From contig JACPGP010000030.1 of assembly GCA_016182425.1 (NCBI GenBank), forward strand, positions 11,738 to 75,737: DNA of 64,000 nucleotides, written 5' to 3'. This document shows, piece after piece, positions 1 to 9,371 of the stretch (positions are counted from its first letter, which is position 1; every line of letters begins with the position of its first letter). The notes under the pieces were generated by a model. That model did not search any database. It saw only the letters and a list, made by a program, of their open reading frames with translations, and was not told the origin of the DNA. Origin of the DNA: Candidatus Levyibacteriota bacterium. Lineage in GTDB: Bacteria > Patescibacteriota > Microgenomatia > Levybacterales > UBA12049. The position numbers and the translations under genes were made by a program.

Positions 1-30
1 GAGGTGGAATCCTATTGACACCTTGGGATT

Positions 31-441
31 TTAGTTCTTAAATACCACAACGTGGGTTTTGAGAAAGGTTGTATCAAATGTTTCTAAAAAACCCAATCTT
101 CCAAGTAAAGCAGGAACCTCATTTGTATCGAAAAAGGCAATCGGGACATCTCTTTCAAAGGGTCCAATTCTGGCTTTGATTTTTGATTTACAAAGATATA
201 TACTTTGTTCTCCTCCAATGCCAACCGTTGTGTCTTTCACGCAATCTTGTTCAAATGATATACCTAAATCTTTTGAGAGATACGCTGGCAAGATAGTAAA
301 ATCAGCTCCCGTATCAACTACCATCCATGTATCTGTCCAAATATTCTCTTTTGCAGACTTGAATGAAACTTTGGCTACTGGTCTTTTGACATTGCCAAAA
401 AAACTTTTCCCAACGTTCTCGAAGGAAAATTTTACATCCAT
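31..441 (-). CDS. Retropepsin-like (clan AA) aspartyl protease, single domain
   Basis: VVDTGADFT catalytic motif, flap GIGG, C-terminal LLGRLGFL motif; 136 aa. Confidence 0.85.
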   Translation of the reverse strand: MDVKFSFENVGKSFFGNVKRPVAKVSFKSAKENIWTDTWMVVDTGADFTILPAYLSKDLGISFEQDCVKDTTVGIGGEQSIYLCKSKIKARIGPFERDVPIAFFDTNEVPALLGRLGFLETFDTTFLKTHVVVFKN

Positions 442-638
442 AAAATAAGTGAATGGGCTTTGGGGAGATAGGCTACTTCTGGTGTAACATGAGGATATTT
501 TTCCCTAATTTTTTTGAGGATTTCAGAAGCACCCTCTCCAGTTTTTGCGGTATACACACGTCCTGCTGCTAAAATGACATGTTTTCCTCGGTAACGAGGA
601 TTTTTAAATATGTCCATCATAGAGATTTTCGTTTTCAT
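432..638 (-). CDS. Small DUF5678-like protein coupled to the retropepsin
   Basis: 68 aa, YRGKHVIL..GRVY..G pattern; overlaps the protease start by 10 nt; TATACT 6 nt upstream of ATG. Confidence 0.7.
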   Translation of the reverse strand: MKTKISMMDIFKNPRYRGKHVILAAGRVYTAKTGEGASEILKKIREKYPHVTPEVAYLPKAHSLILWM

Positions 639-727
639 GGCATCAGTATATACTAATTTTTTATCTCTGTAAACTATTCCAAAAACTTCTTGACACGGGA
701 AGTCATTTGATGCTAACTTAGTAGTAT

Positions 728-997
728 ATGATCGATACTGCCCAGGTGGTTTTACTTTTTGTACTTCTCGTTTTAACGATTCTCGTTTTAGTGTTAGGAA
801 TTCAGGTGTTTTTTATCTTACGAGAATTGCGGCAAACAGTTTCAAAGGCAAATAAGGTACTTGATGATGCAGGAGTAATTACTAAGAGCGTGTCTGGGCC
901 GATAGCAACTATGTCTAGTCTGGCCACGGGTGTTAAAACAGGAGCGCTTATTGCAGGCTTACTTAAACGTAAGAAAAAGGAGAAACACAATGAATAG
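728..997 (+). CDS. DUF948/YoxC-like single-TM membrane protein
   Basis: N-terminal hydrophobic helix then amphipathic coiled region; TTGACA upstream. Confidence 0.6.
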   Translation: MIDTAQVVLLFVLLVLTILVLVLGIQVFFILRELRQTVSKANKVLDDAGVITKSVSGPIATMSSLATGVKTGALIAGLLKRKKKEKHNE

Positions 998-1253
998 CAA
1001 TAATAACGGCGGTGGATTTTCTCACGGATTTCTTTTGGGAATAATTATTGGCGGTGGTGTCGTCTTTTTACTGGGAACAAAAAAAGGTAAAAAACTCTTA
1101 AAAACAATTACAGAAGAGGGTTTGGAAGGCATTGCCGAACTGGAAGATCTTGTCGAGGACGAGGCTTTGGAGCAAGAGGATACTCCTCCAGCAGAATCAA
1201 AAAGCGAAGAATCTCCCCGCCGCCTCTTCAAAGGCATTCCCAAAAAGAGTTAA
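990..1253 (+). CDS. YtxH-like small membrane protein
   Basis: GFLLGIIIGGGVVFLLGTKKGKK motif; ATG at 990 overlaps the previous ORF end. Confidence 0.65.
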   Translation: MNSNNNGGGFSHGFLLGIIIGGGVVFLLGTKKGKKLLKTITEEGLEGIAELEDLVEDEALEQEDTPPAESKSEESPRRLFKGIPKKS

Positions 1254-2206
1254 AGTCCGTATTTGATAATGTTGGCGTCGTGTTCTTCCCGATCTTTCGC
1301 ATAGTGATTGTTTCCTTGTTTGTCTGACAGGTAATAGAGATAGTTAGTTTTTGCTGGATTTGCTGCCGCGTTTAACGCGGCTAGTCCTGGATTGGCAATA
1401 GGGGTTGGTGGAAGGCTAGGGTTTCTATATGTATTGTATGGGGAATTAAAATCAATATCCTCTCTAGTTAATGCTTTTTTCCACCATGATTTTTCCGTTT
1501 GCTGATACCCAAGAGCATATTGAATTGTGGCATCTATATCAAGCTTCATGCCAATGTTTAGTCTATTGGTAATAACTGATGCCACCAGTAATCTATCTTG
1601 ACTGTGTTTTGCTTCGCGTTCAACCAGGGAAGCAATAATGACAATATCATTTTTTGTAAAACCATTTTTTCGTGTTTGAATTTGGACGTATTGTTTTTCG
1701 AAATTGTTTTTCATAATATTAACAATCAAATTAATATCAGCATTTTTGGGAATAAGATAAGTATCTGGAAAAAGATATCCCTCATGTTTTACAAGTTCTT
1801 GCCTCCATGATTCTTGAAAGGAAGGAATTTTTTCTTTTAAGATATCTGCTATTTCTTCTGCTCGTTTTCCTTCGGGGATAGTGACCCATACATCAATGGT
1901 TCCATGTGTTAAATTTTCTGCAATTTCTCTTGTTGTCATAGAAGGTGAGAGACGAAAATCTCCTGCTTGAATTTTGCCATCAAATCCTTCTTTTTTAACT
2001 AGTAAGAAAAAGATGACGGGATCGCTGATGAGGTTTTCTTTTTTTAATTTATTGGCAATTTCTCGTACTCCAGCACCTTTTTCAACCACAAAGATGCGTG
2101 TTTTGGTATCGTTTGGATTTACCGAAGACAACCCGTTTTTCCACCAAAAAGCCAGGGCCGCAAAAGCTAGTATGATAATACCAAACACAATAGTTATTTT
2201 TTTCAT
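1250..2206 (-). CDS. mltG: Endolytic murein transglycosylase MltG
   Basis: N-terminal TM, VTIPEG, EGYLFPDTY, ASLVERE, SPYNTY, LPPTPIANPG motifs. Confidence 0.95.
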   Translation of the reverse strand: MKKITIVFGIIILAFAALAFWWKNGLSSVNPNDTKTRIFVVEKGAGVREIANKLKKENLISDPVIFFLLVKKEGFDGKIQAGDFRLSPSMTTREIAENLTHGTIDVWVTIPEGKRAEEIADILKEKIPSFQESWRQELVKHEGYLFPDTYLIPKNADINLIVNIMKNNFEKQYVQIQTRKNGFTKNDIVIIASLVEREAKHSQDRLLVASVITNRLNIGMKLDIDATIQYALGYQQTEKSWWKKALTREDIDFNSPYNTYRNPSLPPTPIANPGLAALNAAANPAKTNYLYYLSDKQGNNHYAKDREEHDANIIKYGL

Positions 2207-2212
2207 GTTTCC

Positions 2213-3487
2213 TTATGAGAGCTCAAGAATCGGAAATTGCCGAAGCGAATCTTTTGCCTCCTGCAGATTATACACGGTTTCGCTGTAAAGTGTATAGAGC
2301 AGCTCATCCTTTTTTACCTGCTCGCCAATTTTCTTATGAAAAAAAATGCCGGCTCCTTTTTGCATTGGGCTTCCCAGGATTTTGGCAACCATGGTGATAT
2401 TTTTATTATGAATTTTTTTGACTGTTTTATGATTGGTGGCCCGTTGTTCGTAAGTAAATTTTCCAGCACATAGATCGTCGCTTGTGATATGGGGATTTCC
2501 GCCCTGCTCTTTGATGATCTCGCGCATTTTTTGCCAAGCACCGCCACTTTGTAAAATACGCTCTGCCCAAACAGCGCAGTTTTTGTAGGTTTTTTTAATC
2601 TGCTCTATTTTTGTTTTTGGAGCGTCATTAAGACAAAGCTCAAGAAGATTACTTGCCAGATAAAGACTTTTTTTCTCAAGTTCAAGCGGTCTGTCTGCTT
2701 TTTGCTCCAATACCTTAAGTCCATCTTTTGCTTCAAGCACAGGCCCAACGCCATTTCCAGCAGGCTCTTCAACCGCATTAATCAGCACGCGAATTTTTAT
2801 GCCAAAGCGTTTGGCAAGCTGCTCAAATTTACTCTTGATGATCTCAGCGTCGCTTAACCTATGTACCTTGACAGTTGGGCCATAAGGAAGGTCAATAATA
2901 ACATGCGTTGAACCAAAAGCTACCTTTTTTGCCATAATGGAAACTAAGATTTTATCATAGCTTTCAAAAAGCAGAGGCTCCTCGACTTTAATCATCACAT
3001 CGTCAGCTGGCGCGATACGAAAACTGCCGCCCCACACAATGCACCCTTTAGTTTTTTTCACTATATCGTAAATTTTTTTCTTCTCAAATATCACCGGCGC
3101 CAGTGTTTCCATGGTATCTGCTGTGCCACTGGGCGTAGTGATGGCGCGGGACGAGCTTTTGGGAATAGTAAAACCGGCTGCTGCTACAATAGGTACCACA
3201 ATCAGCGTGGTGCGTGTTCCCGGCATGCCTCCTATTGAATGCTTGTCCGCAACTAAGCCACGAAACTTTAGTTTTTGCCCTGTTTCTACCATAGCTTTGG
3301 TCAAAAAATATATTTCGTCATTTGTAAAACCCTTGGCATATCCGGACGCGGCAAAATAAGTAGTTAAAATATCACCTAATCTATTCCTGGCGATTTCATC
3401 CATAATCGCGTAGATTTCTTGGTAGGTAAGTTTTTTTCCGACCAGTTTTTTTCTAATCGCATCGATGGCAATTTCTTTTTCGTCCAT
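2213..3487 (-). CDS. AMP phosphorylase / thymidine phosphorylase family (archaeal AMPpase-like, no N-terminal extension)
   Basis: DKHSIGG, KSSSRAITTPSGTAD, SIMAKK motifs; start placed at MDEKE just downstream of the sortase stop. Confidence 0.85.
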   Translation of the reverse strand: MDEKEIAIDAIRKKLVGKKLTYQEIYAIMDEIARNRLGDILTTYFAASGYAKGFTNDEIYFLTKAMVETGQKLKFRGLVADKHSIGGMPGTRTTLIVVPIVAAAGFTIPKSSSRAITTPSGTADTMETLAPVIFEKKKIYDIVKKTKGCIVWGGSFRIAPADDVMIKVEEPLLFESYDKILVSIMAKKVAFGSTHVIIDLPYGPTVKVHRLSDAEIIKSKFEQLAKRFGIKIRVLINAVEEPAGNGVGPVLEAKDGLKVLEQKADRPLELEKKSLYLASNLLELCLNDAPKTKIEQIKKTYKNCAVWAERILQSGGAWQKMREIIKEQGGNPHITSDDLCAGKFTYEQRATNHKTVKKIHNKNITMVAKILGSPMQKGAGIFFHKKIGEQVKKDELLYTLYSETVYNLQEAKDSLRQFPILELS

Positions 3488-3497
3488 AATGATTAAG

Positions 3498-4235
3498 TTA
3501 AATCGGCACCAGCCTTCCTCTGATAATGAGTCGTTTCCAAGTGGTGCCGGGAGGGGTACAAGTAACCAGGGTAAGATACGAACCATCAAAATTTTGCGAA
3601 AAAACAGATGTGTCGGTAGGATCAACCACAAAAATGGTTTTTACCTTGTATCGATACGAGACACCCTCCAAAGTGGCGATAATCTCGTCATTTATTCTTA
3701 GTTTATAGGCATTTGCAAAAATCGTGGCGTAGTCGTTGGGATTAAAAAGTTGAGGAAGTGTGGAGTGTCCAAAGATAACCGCATTGCCGTTTTGAGGAGG
3801 CAGGCTTGTTCCCGGGTAGTGTACTAGATGATGGTTCAAATCATAATCGGTTGTTGAGACTATAGCTTCTTTAATTCCCAAGGCGGGGATAGATAAATTA
3901 TACCGCTCTACTTTTATGGCTGATTGGTTACTTTCTTTATTTTGATAGGAAGGAAACCAGTTTTGGGCATCTTTGTAATCAACGCCGTTTGCCATTTGCG
4001 ATGCCCAAAACTTAAGGCTTTTAATAGTTTCTTCGGTGACTATGGTGGTTTTTGGAATTGGCGCGGTAATATCTTGCGAGGCAAATACCGGATCAAAATA
4101 AATGTGCCAGGAAAAAAGAGGAAACGATACGTAGCCTGCCATGCTTATTCCCAAGATAACAAGCACCAGCGCTAAGATGCGAAAGAGGAAGCGGCGATTT
4201 GCGCCCCCACCCCTTTTATAATAGTAGGCAGTCAT
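3498..4235 (-). CDS. Sortase
   Basis: N-terminal TM; catalytic His (IFGHS), LTLVTCTP, Arg (WKRL). Confidence 0.9.
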   Translation of the reverse strand: MTAYYYKRGGGANRRFLFRILALVLVILGISMAGYVSFPLFSWHIYFDPVFASQDITAPIPKTTIVTEETIKSLKFWASQMANGVDYKDAQNWFPSYQNKESNQSAIKVERYNLSIPALGIKEAIVSTTDYDLNHHLVHYPGTSLPPQNGNAVIFGHSTLPQLFNPNDYATIFANAYKLRINDEIIATLEGVSYRYKVKTIFVVDPTDTSVFSQNFDGSYLTLVTCTPPGTTWKRLIIRGRLVPI

Positions 4236-6397
4236 TCTTTTTCAACGATAATAGTTATATTACGCGATAGTTTAGGAAGAAGTTTTGGCAGAAGTGGGAG
4301 ATTCGGCGAAAGTTTTATCCGCGCGCTGACGACCTGGGGCAGCCTTTTAAGCGTGTTTTGGGCATCGTCGAAAGATTTCCCCTCGACTTGTTTTCCGATT
4401 TTTTCCTTCTCAAATTTAGGCAATAAAAATGTTTGTGCTCGGATAATACCTGTTGCCTCACCGTCATTTTTCTTCTGCTCGTTTTCCACCTGATAGGAAA
4501 TGTCATCTAACACGCCCAAGCGGTTACCCTTTTCTTTTAAGAGATCTTTGGCCAGCTTCCTAAGATCGTTCTCTTGGTAGGAAAGATTCTCGTAGGTGAC
4601 GCTTCCTGCAAGAGTAAATGATTTTGCCTCTTCGTCTATTTTATTGCTGATATTTTTTTGAGAAAACTTGGCATTGGTAATAAGAGGAAAAAGTTTGGTT
4701 TTAGAGTCAATTTTTCCCTCCAGATCTTTTTTGGCTTTTTCCTCAAGCTGTTTTGTTAGTTCAGACACGGCATCCTCAACGTCTTTTTTGGAAACAACGC
4801 TGACTTCCTTTTTTGTTCCACCCGAAAATGCCTCTTCATTTTTCGCTTCTACCGATGCGGCATTAAACGAGGATAGAGTAAATTTGACGCCCGATGGTAA
4901 ATTAAACTCCTTGCCAATATCTTTAGCAATAACCGCCGCTTTGACAGTTTTTTGTCCATCGCTGGCGCCTGATACAGATGCCACTTTCACTGTCTGATCC
5001 AACAGAAACTCCAGTTTGTTGGTGGCTGTCAGCACGGTTCCTTTAGAAAATGTTTGTTCATTTGTCAGGTTGCTGTAAATTGTGATATTACCTTTGGCTT
5101 TTTCTCCTAAGTCTTTTTTGCCTGTGGCAGGTTTTGTTATTTTTCCTTCTTCCTCAACGTTCACTATTTGCGCGGCAATAATCTTTTTCCCCACATCTGT
5201 TGGGGTGACACTTGAAAATGTCACAGCCTGTTTTTGCTCGATGACTTCGGGTTTAACGACCAAGGTGATAGTTGCTTTAAGGAAGAAAACGTAAGAAAGA
5301 AGAATAACAATAGCCAGAAAAACTAGAGCGGGAGGTATAAAAAGAAGGATTTTTTTCCTTGGCGGCTGGTCATAAGACCTGGTAAAGGTGGGGAATCGGA
5401 GCAAGCGGACAGCCGCGAATATTTTTTTTGCGGCAGAAAAAACCATTTTCCAAATTGTCGTAATCAGTTTTTGATGTTGTTTGGTAGCGTAGTGAATTTT
5501 GAGAGAGTCTGCTTTACCAGATGTTTTTTTAATATCTTCTTCTTTAATAAAACCAAATTCTTCTTCTTTTTCTTCTTCTTGTGGTTGTGGTGTGGGCGCG
5601 TTTTCTTCTGTAGAGAGTTCTTCTTCGGTGGCATTTTTTTCCTGGGGCAGCATCTCCAGTCCCATCTGTGATGCCGCTCCAAAAAGGATTGCTCTAATGT
5701 CAAAACCCTTTGGTAAAAGTGTAATCTGCGGGACGTGGAGAAATGGAAGACTTTTGCTCCAGGAGTGTCCAATAAATGTTTGCGAAAGTGTTTCGTTATC
5801 ATCTTTATCTGATAGAACGATAATTCTTGATGGGAGCACTTCGTAGCTGGTAAAGTGATGCAGTAGGCGGTCGGTAATTTTGGCTGCATCATCCTCTATT
5901 TTTGTCCGTTTTGCTTCAATGATTCTTCCCGCGCGAAGGAGCGAAACAATAATGTTTTTTTGCCCGATTTCCACTAGGATTCCCGAAACCGGCGCGCCCT
6001 CTTCTTGCTGAAGAAGGTGCGCAATCGCCTCGTTAATTATTAAAAAGCCTATGGGGATAAGACCAAGGGCATCGCTGGTTTTTTTTAATTTTATCAAGTA
6101 TTCTTTTTTGATTTTTGTTTCTTCTACCCAGTTTTCTTTTATACCAAAAATTGTTTCTTGGGTTTCGATGCCCTCTGGTAAGGCGCTTTCTGCCCCAGAG
6201 ATAGCTTTGTCCAAGACCTCCAGCCACTCCTCTAGGGTAGCCGTTTCCAGATTATTGACGTATGCTTCTTTTTTCCCGATAATCCGTACTACGCCGGTGA
6301 TTTTCTCAAAAATTACAGCCGTGACTTTTTCGTCCCGCAAGAGGAGGGTTAAAAAATATTCTTTTTCTTCTTTTTTCCTCAAAAAAGGCAAATTCAT
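4232..6397 (-). CDS. Bitopic membrane protein: N-terminal FtsA/PilM-like actin-fold region, TM, C-terminal baseplate-J-like domain
   Basis: ILVEIGQKNIIVSL segment, acidic linker, TM near aa 350-372, then TGKK..GEKAKGNITIYS, G.EFNL, FSGGT motifs. Confidence 0.6.
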   Translation of the reverse strand: MNLPFLRKKEEKEYFLTLLLRDEKVTAVIFEKITGVVRIIGKKEAYVNNLETATLEEWLEVLDKAISGAESALPEGIETQETIFGIKENWVEETKIKKEYLIKLKKTSDALGLIPIGFLIINEAIAHLLQQEEGAPVSGILVEIGQKNIIVSLLRAGRIIEAKRTKIEDDAAKITDRLLHHFTSYEVLPSRIIVLSDKDDNETLSQTFIGHSWSKSLPFLHVPQITLLPKGFDIRAILFGAASQMGLEMLPQEKNATEEELSTEENAPTPQPQEEEKEEEFGFIKEEDIKKTSGKADSLKIHYATKQHQKLITTIWKMVFSAAKKIFAAVRLLRFPTFTRSYDQPPRKKILLFIPPALVFLAIVILLSYVFFLKATITLVVKPEVIEQKQAVTFSSVTPTDVGKKIIAAQIVNVEEEGKITKPATGKKDLGEKAKGNITIYSNLTNEQTFSKGTVLTATNKLEFLLDQTVKVASVSGASDGQKTVKAAVIAKDIGKEFNLPSGVKFTLSSFNAASVEAKNEEAFSGGTKKEVSVVSKKDVEDAVSELTKQLEEKAKKDLEGKIDSKTKLFPLITNAKFSQKNISNKIDEEAKSFTLAGSVTYENLSYQENDLRKLAKDLLKEKGNRLGVLDDISYQVENEQKKNDGEATGIIRAQTFLLPKFEKEKIGKQVEGKSFDDAQNTLKRLPQVVSARIKLSPNLPLLPKLLPKLSRNITIIVEKE

Positions 6398-6398
6398 A

Positions 6399-8195
6399 TT
6401 ACCCCACCATTGCGTATAGCCGCCTCTGTCCGTGTCCGATATTTTCTTGCTTTATTATTCTAACCTGTTTTAGCTTCGTTGTAAAATCAACGTGCGGTCC
6501 TCCGCAAAATTCGGCCGAGTATGGCTTTTTATTTCCTATAAAATAGACTTTCACGTTGTCTTGATACTTTTCGTCAAAGAGTCCGATTGCCCCTAAGTTT
6601 TTTGCTTCTGTAAGCGGCATGATTTCAAAATGTACCGGCAGGTTTTCTTTTATTTTTTCATTCACAATATCCTCAACACGTCTTAATTGTTCATCGGTCA
6701 ATTTTTTATCATAATTGAAGTCAAAACGAAGCCTCTCCGTTGTAATATTTGAACCTGTTTGGTGGATTTTACTACCAAGCACATCACGGATAGCCTGATG
6801 CAAAAGATGAGTTGCCGTATGCCCCATAATTGTTTTTTCGCTATGGTCTGCTAAGCCCCCAGCAAATTTCTTATTAGCTCCAGCTCTTGAAATATTTTGA
6901 TGTTCTTTCATTTTCTCTGCAAATTCTTGTTCATTAAATAGAAGTCCCAAGCTTTTTATTTGGGTCGGGGAAAGTCCATGAGTTGTATAGATTTCAAATG
7001 CATCTCTAGCTGATATCTCAATTTGGCCTTTCAATTCATCGCCAGTTTTTTTGTATCTACTTTTTATAAATTGTGTGACATCAATTAATAACTTAGTATA
7101 TTTTTGTAATTCCTCATAGAGAGTATTTTTTATGAATTCATAATTTTCGATTAGCTGAGGGTCTGTTTCTTTATATGTTCCAATGATTGAGTCAAGAATT
7201 GAGTAGATGTTATCACTTCCTAGATTATCAGAAGCGCGTCTTATTAAACGTCTTAAAATATATCCTTGTTCTTTATTGGAAGGCGTAACGCCGTTTGCAA
7301 TCATAAAGGCAGCCGAGATAAAATGGTCGGCAATAATACGCATTTCTTTTGCATGGGTTGTATACTTTTTGGCAGTTTGTATTTCGATGGCTTTTATTAT
7401 TGGATTAAACAAACTTGTTTGGAAGATATCTTGTTTGTTTTCAACGGCAGCCAAAAGTCTTTCTAACCCTCCTCCAAAATCTACATTCTTTTTTGAAAGT
7501 GGTTTTAAGCTGTCGTCAGTTGACTTTTTATATTCCATAAAAACGCTATTGCAAATTTCAATATATCTTCCACAATCACAATTAAGATGACATTTTTTTC
7601 CAAATCTTGTGTCATGCGGCGTTTGAAAATCAAAAAAAACTTCGCTGCTTGGTCCTCCAGGTTCGTTTACAGGCATTTTATCTGGTGTACCCGCACGTGA
7701 CCACCAATTTTTATCAGCACCATAGTAAAAAATTCTTCCTTTTGGATCTATGTTATTTTCCTTAAAAATTTCTTCCCAAATTTTTACCGACTCATTATCT
7801 TTTTGTATTTCTTTATATCCATCAAAAACAGTTATGTACAATTTTTCCTTTGGAAGTCCCAAATCTTTTGTTAGGAACTCATACATCCAAGGGAGTTGTT
7901 CTTTTTTAAAATAACCACCTAAAGACCAATTGCCCAGCATGCGAAAAAATGTAGTGTGGCGATTGTCGCCAATTTCATCAATATCTTGTGCCCGAAAGCA
8001 ATTTTGGACGTTAACCAATCGTTTTCCCTGCGGGTGTTCCTCACCTAAAAGGTAGGGAACAAGAGGCTGCATACCAGAGCTGGTAAAAAGAGTCGTTGGA
8101 TCGTTTTCGGGAACGAGAGAAGCGTTGGGGATTTGTTTGTGTTTTTTATCCTTAAAAAAAGATATATATAAATCAACAATATTTTTAGCTGTCAT
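6399..8195 (-). CDS. alaS: Alanyl-tRNA synthetase (short, lacks C-Ala domain)
   Basis: DPTTLFTSSGMQP, HTTFFRMLGNWS, DFGGGLER, editing motifs HTATH and CGGPH; ends just after the editing domain. Confidence 0.95.
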   Translation of the reverse strand: MTAKNIVDLYISFFKDKKHKQIPNASLVPENDPTTLFTSSGMQPLVPYLLGEEHPQGKRLVNVQNCFRAQDIDEIGDNRHTTFFRMLGNWSLGGYFKKEQLPWMYEFLTKDLGLPKEKLYITVFDGYKEIQKDNESVKIWEEIFKENNIDPKGRIFYYGADKNWWSRAGTPDKMPVNEPGGPSSEVFFDFQTPHDTRFGKKCHLNCDCGRYIEICNSVFMEYKKSTDDSLKPLSKKNVDFGGGLERLLAAVENKQDIFQTSLFNPIIKAIEIQTAKKYTTHAKEMRIIADHFISAAFMIANGVTPSNKEQGYILRRLIRRASDNLGSDNIYSILDSIIGTYKETDPQLIENYEFIKNTLYEELQKYTKLLIDVTQFIKSRYKKTGDELKGQIEISARDAFEIYTTHGLSPTQIKSLGLLFNEQEFAEKMKEHQNISRAGANKKFAGGLADHSEKTIMGHTATHLLHQAIRDVLGSKIHQTGSNITTERLRFDFNYDKKLTDEQLRRVEDIVNEKIKENLPVHFEIMPLTEAKNLGAIGLFDEKYQDNVKVYFIGNKKPYSAEFCGGPHVDFTTKLKQVRIIKQENIGHGQRRLYAMVG

Positions 8196-8290
8196 TCCAG
8201 ATTCTATTATAGCACGAAGCTTCTGTACTAGAGAGTATCTTGTATTTTTTATCTCTCTTGCCTTATAATCCAGTTAGATAGAAAGAACCT

Positions 8291-8476
8291 ATGAATCTCC
8301 AAACAAAATTCCTCCAAATATATGCTAATTTGCCCCTCAATCAAAGAGCAGAGATTGTAGTGGTTGTTGATAACGAGCCACTCACTTGGAATGCAGCAAG
8401 AATTGAAATTGAAAATAATACTGATAAAGGGCAAGAAATTTTAGAAAAATTAGTTACATTAGGGATTATAAAGTGA
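8291..8476 (+). CDS. Hypothetical micro-protein A (61 aa), paralog of the next ORF
   Basis: TATAAT at 8264-8269; GTGA overlap with the next ORF; ungapped similarity to 8473-8700. Confidence 0.75.
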   Translation: MNLQTKFLQIYANLPLNQRAEIVVVVDNEPLTWNAARIEIENNTDKGQEILEKLVTLGIIK

Positions 8477-8700
8477 GTAAGAATAATAAACAAATACAAG
8501 AGGATATTAAGAATCTCGTATTGGCACGAATTATGGCTGCTTCTGATGATTTAAGAATTGCAATTGGTTCAATAGAGTATACAAAAACGGAAATAATAAA
8601 AAATGTAAAAATAGGAAATGAAGTTGGTAAAGAAATAATGGAAATACAAATGGAGTATTTGCGGGATATGGCATCAGGGGCAATTTATCAATCCTCCTAA
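8473..8700 (+). CDS. Hypothetical micro-protein B (75 aa)
   Basis: GTG start overlapping the previous stop; stop directly abuts the next ATG. Confidence 0.75.
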   Translation: MSKNNKQIQEDIKNLVLARIMAASDDLRIAIGSIEYTKTEIIKNVKIGNEVGKEIMEIQMEYLRDMASGAIYQSS

Positions 8701-9348
8701 ATGAGTAAAGCAATTCTTATTACACGACCCGACCACGACCTTATAACCACATATTTATTTCAATGGAGTGAACATGTGATACATTTAGCAAACAAGAAAA
8801 ATATAAAAGTATTGGATCTATCAGGCAAGAGAGCAAATGAGAAAACGTTTACGAGTTACATGATTAAGAATGAGCCTGTTCTTGTATTTTTTAATGGACA
8901 TGGAAACGAAGATGTTATAACGGGTTATAACAATGAACCACTAGTGGCAGTTAATAAAAACGAAAAATTACTTGAAAAAAAGATTGTGTATGCGAGAAGT
9001 TGTAATGCCGCAGAAAATTTAGGTGAATTGTGTATAAAAAATAAAACACTTGTTTTTATTGGTTATAAAAAGAAGTATACAATTTGTTATTCCCATGCAA
9101 GTGTTAGCCATCCGTTACAAGATGATATTGCCAAATTGTTTATTACTCCTTCAAATTTAGTTCCTATGTCTTTCCTTAAAGGGAATACGGCAAAAGATGC
9201 GTACAGAAAATCACAGGAATCTATGGCTCGTAATTTTTCTTATATGCTTTCTACCAGAGCAATATCTGCACAAAAAGATGCCGCACCTTATTTATGGATC
9301 AATAAAAAATATCAAGTTCTTCTTGGTGATCCAAACGCAAGCATGTAA
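8701..9348 (+). CDS. Caspase/gingipain-like (clan CD) cysteine peptidase, stand-alone
   Basis: Hydrophobic strand + His-Gly (LVFFNGHG), then strand + Ser-Cys (IVYARSC), then VFIGY; clan CD dyad layout. Confidence 0.7.
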   Translation: MSKAILITRPDHDLITTYLFQWSEHVIHLANKKNIKVLDLSGKRANEKTFTSYMIKNEPVLVFFNGHGNEDVITGYNNEPLVAVNKNEKLLEKKIVYARSCNAAENLGELCIKNKTLVFIGYKKKYTICYSHASVSHPLQDDIAKLFITPSNLVPMSFLKGNTAKDAYRKSQESMARNFSYMLSTRAISAQKDAAPYLWINKKYQVLLGDPNASM

Positions 9349-9371
9349 TTTCCCTCGCCGTCAGCATGTAT

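Noticed and set aside
3488-3631. 48-aa N-terminal extension of the phosphorylase ORF
   Set aside because: It overlaps the sortase 3' end; the ATG at 3487 just after the sortase stop is more plausible
4232-6397. Baseplate-like domain as evidence of a prophage or contractile injection system
   Set aside because: Single membrane-anchored gene among housekeeping genes; no sheath, tube or spike genes
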